Shown here piece after piece: positions 47,810-58,330 of a stretch of 64,000 nucleotides of DNA; within the stretch, counting starts at the first letter, position 1; each line of letters starts with the position of its first letter. The DNA is from Selaginella moellendorffii (lineage: Eukaryota > Plantae > Lycopodiophyta), in NCBI RefSeq assembly GCF_000143415.4, contig NW_003314373.1, positions 390,876 through 454,875 on the forward strand, read 5' to 3'. Below the pieces are notes generated by a model that made no database searches, had not been told where the DNA came from, and was given only the letters and a program-made list of their open reading frames with translations. The translations under genes were made by a program, and so were the position numbers.

Positions 47810-49372
47810 ATGGGCGACGTCACTTACTTTGCCCATCTTCTCCACTCTTGCAATGATCTCCATCTGGGCAGGCAAATCCACGCTCGTATACATGAAATCC
47901 CGTCGCTAGGCTCTCATCTATACCTCTCAAATCTCCTCGTTCTCATGTATGGAAGGTGTGGAAGCGTGAAAAATGCCCAGGAAGTCTTCGACTCCATCTC
48001 TTATCCCAATGATTTCTCGTGGAACATCATGCTTGGAGTCTACTCCCAGAACGGGCATCTCCAGGAAGCCAAGAACACCTTCGATCGAATGCCAAATCCA
48101 AACGCGGTGTCCTACAATTCCATGGCCGCGGCATATGCTCAAAACGGGAACCTCGATCGAGCAAAAGAGATCTTCGATCAAACTCCGAGAAAGGATGTTG
48201 GGTCGTGGAATGGAATCATTCAAGCGCTTTCTCAAGCTGGATATGTCGAGGCTGCAAAGGAAGTTTTCGAGGCCATGCCACAGAGAGACATTGTATCGTG
48301 GTCTACTCTTACCGCAGCATATGCCCAATTGGGGCATTTTGAGGAAGCCGAGAGTTTGTTCTTGAGAATACCAGAACCAAACGTTGTGACATGGAACACG
48401 ATGATTTCCGCTTATGCCGAGGTCGGGCGTACGAAAAATGCCATGTTCGCGTACGACGCCATGCCGCAGAGAAATATGGTGTCAATGAATGGATTACTGC
48501 GTGCCTTTGGGCTTGCTGGGGAGACGAAGAGCGCAGCCATCTTGTTTTACAAGTTGCCCGAATGGGATGTGGTCTCATTTACAACAATGATCATGGTGTA
48601 TTCTAGGAGAGGTTGTGTGGAGGAAGCAAAGCTTGTGTTTGATTCCATGCCCGAGCACGACATGGTAGCGTACAATGCCATGCTTGTGGGATATGCCGAG
48701 AATGGGTATCTTCTGGAAGGGGAAAGGTTATTCTTTTCTATGCCCGGGAATAACTTGGAAACACTGCATGCGCTCATGGCATCTTACGCACAGCATATGC
48801 ATTTTGCGAAAGCTATGAACGTTTTAGACGCAATGCCTGTACGCACAACCCTGTCATGGAACACAATGGTGGCGGCATATGCCCAAAATGGGTATATACA
48901 GAAGGCAAGATCCATGTTTGCGCTGCTTCCAAGAGCAAATGTTGATACTTATAACTCGATGATCAACGGTTTTGCAAAGGCTGGATATGGAAATGATGCT
49001 ATCATTCTGTTTTATGAGATGATTTTGATAGGAGTCTTTCCAGACTCATTCACATTTTCAAGCGTATTAGCAGCTTGCAGCCATGGAGGTCTGCTCAAGA
49101 ATGGGACTAAACTCTTTGTGCTGCTAAGCGGAGAACATCAAGTGACACCTCACGTGGAACACTATTCTTCCATGGTTGATATTTACAGCCGGGTGGGGCT
49201 TGTTACAGAAGCACAAGAACTTATTGATATGATGCCATTTTTTCCACAGCCTGAAACACTCCGTGCTTTATTGAATGCATGCAGGATTCAGAAACAGTTG
49301 TTCAGAGCATCAGCAGAATGGTTGGATCTGGATTCCAACTCATGTGTTTCGTTATCAAATATTTACAAGTAA
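47810..49372 (+). CDS. PLS-class PPR protein, inverted paralogue of 45898-47772
   Basis: Shares diagnostic segments (NLETLHA, MPVRTTLSWNT, MPFFPQPET); first ATG at 47810 (ORF open from 47792). Confidence 0.9.
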   Translation: MGDVTYFAHLLHSCNDLHLGRQIHARIHEIPSLGSHLYLSNLLVLMYGRCGSVKNAQEVFDSISYPNDFSWNIMLGVYSQNGHLQEAKNTFDRMPNPNAVSYNSMAAAYAQNGNLDRAKEIFDQTPRKDVGSWNGIIQALSQAGYVEAAKEVFEAMPQRDIVSWSTLTAAYAQLGHFEEAESLFLRIPEPNVVTWNTMISAYAEVGRTKNAMFAYDAMPQRNMVSMNGLLRAFGLAGETKSAAILFYKLPEWDVVSFTTMIMVYSRRGCVEEAKLVFDSMPEHDMVAYNAMLVGYAENGYLLEGERLFFSMPGNNLETLHALMASYAQHMHFAKAMNVLDAMPVRTTLSWNTMVAAYAQNGYIQKARSMFALLPRANVDTYNSMINGFAKAGYGNDAIILFYEMILIGVFPDSFTFSSVLAACSHGGLLKNGTKLFVLLSGEHQVTPHVEHYSSMVDIYSRVGLVTEAQELIDMMPFFPQPETLRALLNACRIQKQLFRASAEWLDLDSNSCVSLSNIYK

Positions 49373-49393
49373 TATACCCGATGGGTAATCGCG

Positions 49394-50210
49394 ATGAAGC
49401 GGCCCAGGCTAGATGATGATCTCGTTGCATGCGCTGGACGAGTTAGGGAGCTCATCATGAGCAAGTACGCAACCCTTGGGATAGACGATCTCAGCAGCTC
49501 GGAGCCTAGACTACATCTTTGTCTACTGCATTTGGACACACTTTTGAAATGGAAGCAAAGCTGCAGTCAACGGAGGCAGGAGAGACGAAGCGGCAAAGGA
49601 TCCTATATCTCAAAGGAGACTCGGATGTCGTCGATCCTTGTCAGGCGTTCGTGGAAGAAATAGTCGTCTCATACTACGACCTGGTGAAGGATGAAGATCC
49701 AGCCATTATGGATCTTCTGCACAATCCGACGCTCACGGATATAGGATTTTCCATACAAAACGGTTTACATCCTTATTGATGATGGAAATGCGATGGATCC
49801 AAGTAAGAACGAAGACAATCTATCCTCACAAGCAAGCAAGAATCCAAAGGAGAAAAAGGATGCTGCTTGCTGACAACTACGTTAGCCGAATCCTGCCTTG
49901 TACCATGAGAGAACCTTTTTTGTAATAGTCTCTAAAGGATACTGAAAAATGTACATATACGTTGCATCGACCCAAGTTTCTCAATTCCTGCCGCACAATG
50001 CAGGACAAGCTCTAGGAGGACGAAGACTCGTATTTGTTCGCCAAGCCAGTTCCAACCCTGTGGCAAGTCCCGAACTACGCTGAGCACATCCAAAAGCCTA
50101 TGGACCTTGGTATGGTGCAAAGAAAGCTGGACAGTGGTTTGTATGGAGAGATTCCGGAGTTTATCCAAGATGTCAAACTCACATTTTGCAATGCGAATAC
50201 AACGTTATTG
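49394..50210 (+). pseudogene. bromodomain-containing (GTE/BET-like) gene fragment
   Basis: FAKPVPTLWQVPNYAEHIQKPMDLGMVQRKL..Y....FIQDVKLTFCNA at 50034-50200; upstream ORFs are frame-disrupted. Confidence 0.65.
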
Positions 50211-52069
50211 GCTCTGATGCACATAATGCCGCCAAGCGCCCTGCAGCTGTTTTTTCTGACTCTTGTTTTAAACAGGGGTGCTTGATTTGCGGCTTCAAAG
50301 AATGAGGTAGCTAAAGTTTTAAGATTTGAACACCTTAAAAGCATAAATATACTTGGTCTGCAATTTTTTGGGTATACAATGTACATTGAAAAGCAAGATT
50401 CACCACACCATGAAAAAAAGTGATGGACACAATTTGACCATTGTGATGCACTTATCCAGGGATCGAATTGCAAGACATAAACTCGCGTGACTGGAGTAGT
50501 GTATACGTTGTGATGCTTCTGTGCATTAGCTCGCGAAACTGGATTCCAGAGGGACTCTTTTCGGATAGCTTCACCAGTCTCAAGAGCCGCATCGAGCAAT
50601 GGTTTCGAGACATACAGTGACGCGATGGAAAGCTCGTTCCACGGACACTGCGCGCCCTGGATTGCGTCGCCTTGTGGCTACAAAGTTGGAACGTTTGATT
50701 TTACAATTGAGCAAATACAGAGGTATATATATAAAAGTTAGGCAAAAATGGAAAATTTTAAGTGTTAGTGTCTTTTGGGGGTTTAATTTTGTTTATTTCG
50801 TGTAGCTGTTATCGGAAAATTTCTCTAAAATAATAGATAGTTAAAAATTTGAAAGTGTACCATTTGATTTGCATGATATTTGTAATATTTCAATAAAGAC
50901 AATGCTTATTTTAATAAAAAACTTGTCATGATGTTCTTTCTAAATAGAAAACTGGAACCTCATGCCAAGTCAGAGTGAAAAGAGTGAAGCTAGGATAACA
51001 TAATGTGTCATGTACATAAGTCACAGGGTTATAGTTCTTGATTTTTTAACTGTTTTAGATAAATAATTTGTAGAGTCAGTAATTATTTTAAAAGTTATTA
51101 AAGTAGCTATAATAATGGAAAAATCTGGAATTTTAAATATAAACATGTTCAGCTATAAATTAATAGTGAATTATATTTCATAAATTCTCAGAGTTTTTAA
51201 GTATTTATTTTATTACTGTGATCTAGATCAAGACTGTAAATTCATAGTCTATATCTGTTAAAAGATCAAATGTATCATGTTACTATGAATCTTAGGTCAT
51301 GGCACAAGGACACAAGTATTAAGTTATGACAAATAGAGAAATATAGATTCTAACATCTGAAAAAAATAATCATGAACAAAACTATGAGAAGAACTTGCTT
51401 CTATGCCTCCATTTTTTTTCCTACTAATGAAAAGATAAAAAAAATTAAAATAATAATATACCAAAAAAAATAATTCTTTATTTTCTTGCATTATCACTTT
51501 TTAAATGAGTATCAAACTATAGAAATTAGTATACCAATTTGTTTTTTAGATAAACTTTTTCCAAGAATAATTAAGAGGGGCATGAGTTCAAATTATTTAA
51601 ATCCTGAAATTAACATTTATAACAAATATACAATATACATAAAATTTTATGGCTTGATAATGTATAAAATTTCTATGAAATTTTATAATTTGAACCCATA
51701 ATAATATCAATTGCCTTTAGTAAATGATTAATTCCAATTCAAATAAATTCTTCAGCAAGGTTGATCCCTTGCTCTACTCTGCTCCACAGCAATGCTCACT
51801 AATTGGGCAGCACATAGCAAAATAGTGGGCCTAATCAGATTGTGAGACACAAAATCCCTAGGCCCCAGAGTGGAGCCGAAAGGGTGCCACGTGGTAGTGG
51901 CCGAAGCAAAAGCCAAACGAGCGTAACACATTTGGACTAAAAGGCTTTGACTTGAGAGGTTGAGAGCGGGAGTGGAACTCCCAACGGAGTGCTCAAAGAA
52001 TGAGCATGAAGCGAGCAATAAGCAAGGCTCCAAAAAAGGACCCAAAAAGGACTAACACATGACACGTGG

Positions 52070-52622
52070 GAGGAGTCCGAGGTGGACCGAGACGGAGTCC
52101 GAGATGGAGTCCGAGGTGGACCGAGACGGAGTCCGAGATGGAGTCCGAGATGGAGTCCGAGGTGGACCGAGATGGAGTCCGAGATGGAGTCCAAGGTGCA
52201 CCGAGACGGAGTCCGAGATGGAGTCCGAGATGGACCGAGACGGAGTCCGAGATGGAGTCTGAGATGGACCGAGACGGAGTCCGAGATGGAGTCCGAGATG
52301 GACCGAGATGGAGTCCGAGATGGACCGAGACGGAGTCCGAGATGGAGTCCGAGATGGAGTCCGAGATGGACCAAGACAGAGTCCGAGATGGAGTCCGAGA
52401 TAGACCGAGACGGAGTTTGAGATGGAGTCCGAGATGGAGTCCGAGATGGACCCGAGATGGAATCCGAGATGGAGTCCGAGAAGGACCTGAGATGGAGTCC
52501 GAGGTCAAGACTGAGACCGAGACCGAGACTGAGACTGAGATCAGGACCGAGACCAAGACCGAGGCCGAGTTTGGGTCCGAGTCCGAGTCCGAGTCTGAGT
52601 CCGAGTCTGAGTTCGAGTCTGA
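52070..52622. repeat. GAGTCCGAGATG/GACCGAGACG-type minisatellite in the 5' LTR B
   Basis: Hexamer-derived tandem array; shorter copy at 57910-58330. Confidence 0.9.
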
Positions 52623-55600
52623 GAGGGTGAAAGCCCAAAGCGTTCATCTCCCAGACCCTGGGGGGTTTGGTGAGCTCCAAAAGTATAGTAGGGGGAGGAC
52701 TGCAGTGGAGCCAGTTTGGCCAGGAAAGGCTAGTTTGGCCCAAGAAGGCCAGACCCAGTGTTGGGTGATGAACTAACCATTGGGAAGTCCAAAACTAGAG
52801 TGAATACGGACTGACAAGCGGGGTAGCTTGGTGAAGTGTTCAAGAGCCGGCTTTAGTTCCCCCGAGAGATCGTCTGGTCGATGCTCCCAGTCCAAGTGTG
52901 GGTGGCACTACCTACTTGGATACCTGGTGTGGCTCAATGGAACCTCGCTCTAAGCCCATGGCTAGAGCACCTAAAGGCGAAAGGCAGGGAGAGTACCCAC
53001 GAGGCCCGCATAGAGCCACGGTGTTCCGAAATGTCGTCCCAAAGTCCCAGACTGTGGAAAGGAAGAGGAGTAGCCCTTGGGTGTGGTGACCAAGGACACA
53101 GTCACACAGGGAGGAAGTCCTAGAGGACAGTGGGACTTAGTGGTCGGGCCCGTGGGCCTTGATCCAGTGGCAGTGTCGGCGAACACGGCCAAGGACGGAA
53201 AGGGACTTAATGGGGACTGGAATGGAGATGTTGGGGAAGGCTAATCCCCATGTCTGCGGGCATCCTAAGGATGCTAAGGAGTGGATCTGGGATGATCACT
53301 AGTGGATGGATGGCCCAGTCTTTGAGTGACGGGACTAGGATGTAGGTGGTGTCAGACCATCGGTGTGACCAAGGTAAAGGGGCATGGCCTTAGCGTAACG
53401 GGCTGATATATTGGTGGTACCTTGGGGTGTTAGTCATGGGATTGGACACGTGGAGCACTTGGACCAAGTGCATAGGTTGAGTGGCGGGGATGCCATTCTC
53501 GGGGCTAGTAAGCCCAAGTCCAAAATAGGACTTACGGAGGTTGTGAGTGAGACTCCTCTAAGTGGTCGAAGGTGCGGTTAAGTGACTAAAGTAAAATGGA
53601 AAAATTAGTCGCTTATAACTTGGTATCGGAGCTGTTCCTTAGTCCGACTCTTATTGGTTGCCAAGCATATCACCACTTGTATTGGAGTTGAAAGGTCCTA
53701 GATATGGACCTATCCTCGAGGAGTAGCATGTCGAAAGAACATGGCTCTCCACTCAAGTTCATGCGTGAACTTGTACACGATATGGTGTATGAAAGAGGGC
53801 CAATAAGGGAACGACTTTGGGATCTTGGGAACAGTATAAGGGTTTCCTCAGAGAGCTGAGGATGTGATCCAGATGAGCTTTTGACGCAGCAAACGAGCTA
53901 ATGTAGTTGTAGTAAACAACTATAGTTGGGATCACGGGAAAGATGCGAATTCCAAAACAATAAAGGAGTCACAAGATTACCCTTATATGGTTGAGGCTGG
54001 TACTCATAAATTTGAGACCAGAATTGTTGACCGTGGGAGGTCAAATACAGAAGAGGACACCAGTCCTTGAAATGGTAGCCGGGGCTACCTCTAATAAATG
54101 CTGGAACAACCCAAAGAGTTGGGGGTGTACTTAAAGATGAGTTGCTATTCTCATCACATGGACAAGTAGTCTTAAGGGGCAAAGGTTAGCCCAAGAAAAT
54201 CATCAAGTGTCAGAGTAACACTTGCAAAGATTGTCCTTGTGAATAGGACATGAATACAAGAAGTTGTATTCCAGTGAGTTGGCACCTCTAAGACTGAGAC
54301 CTCATAAGTTGTTGGATTAGCAAAGTCCAAATGCTGGATGACTCAAGCGGAGTCAGGGAATGGTCCTAAGGGATTGGTTGGAGCATTTGGACCGAGGTGT
54401 ATGGTGCCCCATGAGGTATGGGGAGGATCATAAGATCCAAGTATGAGAACAGTAGGTATCTCATTGATGGCAGAATGTGCCATATTAAAGTTGTGGGAAA
54501 GATGTTCCCAGAAGAAACCAACTTTGGCCCAGAGTTGGGTGCAAACACTATAGTGCGGTGCTAACGGATAGTTAGTATGAGGAACAACTATATTGGTCTT
54601 GGCAAAGACCTAAACACTAATAAGTAGTGTCATAAGGGTAAGCTCGTAGGGCCGATGGTGTGGAGACACCAAATGTACCAAGGTATGATACCTGGAGGTT
54701 ATGATGGTGGGTTCATAAGAACCCCTTGCTAAGGGAATCCTAATGGAAGTGGGAATGACATGGCCTAAGCTGGAAGGCATGCGGTTGGAGTGTGGTGACC
54801 CAGATAATGATGGAGGTGTGGAAGCACCAAGCAATGAGTTGTAGGACTTGACAACTATAAGGTAACTAAGCAAGAGGTGCAAGAAAATTGGTTAAATGGA
54901 TAGAAGGTAGCTACCCAAGACTTCTTAATGGCATAAGGAAGTTAGATATACCCTTACGGGGGGATAAATTGCTTATGTTGCGATATAGTAAATCAATGTC
55001 GTAAACGGGAATGCTCATTGTCATGAAGCCATCATTGGGACACCCAAACACTCTAGAACACCAAGAGGTGGTGTTTCGTGTCGCAAGAGCAATAGATAAG
55101 GCCCAAGGGACTAAGTCCCTAGCGAATGATGAATAGTAGGTGCTATTTAAATGTCCAAGGTTGTGGAGACAGGAGAAGACTGTCTACCCGAATTGGACAA
55201 AGCCAAAAATGGAATTTTGGCAAGGCTAGTGATGGGCATGTAAAGGCCCATAAGCAGCAACGTTAATCCCGATGTGTGGGATTATAAGGTGAGCATGCCC
55301 AAGATTGAGGAACCACTCCTTAGGCTATCGGGTAGGTTCATCCCTAAGAATACTTACTAAAGCATAGTAAAATGTGCAAAGCTATCCTCCTAGTCTGGAG
55401 GAGAATAACCAAAGGAAACATATGGGGCCAAAAGGCAAGTAGTATTGGGATGGAACTGAACCATAGAAATCGAAGGGCATATCCAACGGTGGTTATGCAA
55501 GTTGGGAGTGGAGAATCAAGAGGGTGCTCGAGGATGTTGTTGCTAGCAACCATGATGCCATGGAGAGTCTAAAATATGGAATTGTCCATGTTAGACTATA

Positions 55601-56139
55601 TGGCAACTATAAAGTTTGCGAAAAAGGAGGCCTTAGCAAGCTAAGGGACAGAGTTCCTTCAAGGTTCCCAAAGACGATTCTAGGTAGCTTAGTACCTAGA
55701 AAGGCCAAATGTAAATGGTTCATGAAATGCGTGAAATCAGAGTGGCACAGTAGAAGCGTGGTCTTGAAGCTTGCCATGAGGCAAAGCTATCAAGGTTGGG
55801 GAAGTAGTTCCCGAGTGTTCAAAGAGAGGGCTTTGAACGAAAGTCGATGGCCAAGAACTTTCACGCTTATGCAAGAACCATGTTACAGTGGTCGGAGGAC
55901 TTGCCAAGCGAGATTGGCAAGTCGGGGGAACAAATGCCCTAGTTGAAGGTGATAATTTCAAAAGGGTGGGCCATGGGGCTGAGCATGGAGGAGTCCATGC
56001 ATGATCACAGACTTGTCAAGCGAGAAGACTTGGCAGTAAGGAGGGACTAGGTTCCTAAGCTGTGATCTGTAGCGCGCTTTAAATATAAGTTGGTGCACCG
56101 GCGTGGGGAGTCACGCCAGGCATCCAGTGTGATGCCGTC

Positions 56140-56510
56140 CGTAGATGCATATACGGAGGTTGGGTTCGAGTCCCGACCCTCTAGTGCTTGGGTTCGAGTC
56201 CTAGATCACTAGGGCATGGTGATGGTTTGGAATATGAGGACACTCATATTTCGGTGGTCATGGACTCTCAGTGAGGAGATTGGTTTGGGAACACCGCCAA
56301 GCAAGGGATGCCTCGGAGTCGTGATGCACGGTTAGATTGCTTAGAGTGAGAGCTCGACATATCTAACTTGAACACTTTGGTGCAAAAGGCACCAAGGACG
56401 TGGTGAATGAGATGGGGACACCCAGTCTCATTTGCTATAGATCCTTGGCTGGAAGGGCTGGCTTGGGCGCACCGCCAAGTGTGGGGGATGCCCCCGGGGT
56501 CATAGTCAAC
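56140..56510 (+). ncRNA. candidate structured cis-acting RNA module (T-loop hairpins plus two four-way-junction units)
   Basis: Homologous, with compensatory changes, to 14250-15254 and 20300-20506. Confidence 0.55.
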
Positions 56511-57909
56511 AATATAGAGGGGTCTGGAAGACCTAGTTCCTATTGGTAGACCTATTAAGGGGTCAAGATGAGATCACCAGGTGATCTTGTGGCTAAACAA
56601 GGACAAGGTCTTTGTTTGGGTTAAGGAATATGATTCCTAGTTCAAAGTGTTGATTTGAACTATTGATAATGGTGTGGCTTGGTTAAGGTGACAAAGTGGG
56701 AAGAACACCTAAAGGGAAATGAGCTATGTCAATGCTGTGGCATAGTAAGTCCGAGGAATGTAGTCTCTATAAGGGATCCAAGAAAGGGTCTCAAAAGTTG
56801 GGCCGTGGATAGAGCCCACAGTAGAAAATGTTAAAGAGATGTACTAGGGGTGAACACCCTCTGGATTTGGCAAAGCAAAGTGTTTGCTATGGAACTGAAA
56901 GGAAACCTCGAAAATGGAGGTAGCGATCCTATGTTGCTGGGTGCAACAATCAAGGATAGGAGCAAAAGATTAGTGGCTAAGAAAAGAGCCATGGGAATCC
57001 TAGGAAAGAATCCAAATGGCAAAGTTAGGCCAAGAACACTAATGTGTTGGGTGCTAACGGATTGTGGGAAAGGCAAAGTTTCCCTAAGGGTGGATTCCCA
57101 ACTGCTCCGATTTGGCGAAGTGGATGCTCCAAAAGGGGGAGCGGTAAGGTAGCCAAATAATAGGGCCGTGGGCAGCCTTAGCACCAATTATGATAACTAA
57201 AACTTAGTGTCAAAGGTGGCACGATATTGGAGAGAGGATGATGGTATCCTCAAGTAAAGAACTTCCTAGGATAGGGAAGTGGAGTTGCACCATGTGCAAT
57301 GTAAGGTGTCGGAGACACCTAGGAAATTGACTCTGAGAAGTCAAAACTAAAAGTTCCAAAGTGCAAGATTATGTCAATGGAATTTAAGACTACTCAAGAA
57401 TGAGTAGTGGAATTGAGTTAAAGAAGGAGTCTCTAATGGGTTTAGCAAGAACTAAATCAATAAAAGGGAGCAAACCACCCCAGGTGGTCGAATGAGTCTC
57501 TATATTTGAGAGACGATGCTCGTTAGAGGATGGACAAGGCATGGTGTGCCTTTGGTGTCAAACCATAGACAAATGTTGGCTGGGTGCCAAGGATGGAACT
57601 AGTAATACATGTGGGGGTTACTTTATAAGAGGGTTTACTATTCAATGAGGACATCGAACTTCGTCTATGGGTGGTAGAGTTGTGAGACACAAAATCCCTA
57701 GGCCCCAGAGTGGAGCCGAAAGGGTGCCACGTGGTAGTGGCCGAAGCAAAAGCCAAATGAGCATAACACGTTTGGACTAAAAGGCTCCGACTTGAGAGGT
57801 TGAGAGCGGGAGTGGAACTCCCAACGGAGTGCTCAAGGAATGAGCATGAAGCGAGCAATAAGCAAGGCTCCAAAAAGGGACCCAAAAAGGACCAACACAT
57901 GACATGTGG

Positions 57910-58330
57910 GAGGAGTCCGAGGTGGACCGAGACGGAGTCCGAGATGGAGTCCGAGGTGGACCGAGACGGAGTCCGAGATGGAGTCCGAGGTGGACCGAGA
58001 CGGAGTCCGAGATGGAGTCTGAGGTGGACCGAGACAGAGTCCGAGATGGAGTCCGAGATGGACCGAGACGGAGTCCGAGATGGAGTCCGAGATGGAGTCC
58101 AAGATGGACCGAGACGGAGTCCGAGATGGACCGAGACGGAGTTCGAGATAGAGTCCGAGATGGAGTCTGAGATGGACCCGAGATGGAATCCGAGATGGAG
58201 TCCGAGAAGGACCCGAGATGGAGTCCGAGGTCGAGACCGAGACCGAGACTGAGACCGAGACTGAGATCGGGACCGAGACCAAGACCGAGGCCGAGTCTGG
58301 GTCCGAGTCCGAGTTCGAGTTCGAGTCTGA
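57910..58330. repeat. same minisatellite in the 3' LTR B
   Basis: Accounts for the ~130-bp length difference between the two LTRs. Confidence 0.9.

Noticed and set aside
52070-52622. CRISPR-like regular repeat
   Set aside because: No unique spacers, eukaryotic context; a tandem minisatellite inside an LTR
51937-52776. Long ORFs on both strands (also 57523-58603, 8286-8501, 20643-20989)
   Set aside because: Low-complexity translations of the LTR hexamer arrays, which lack stop codons
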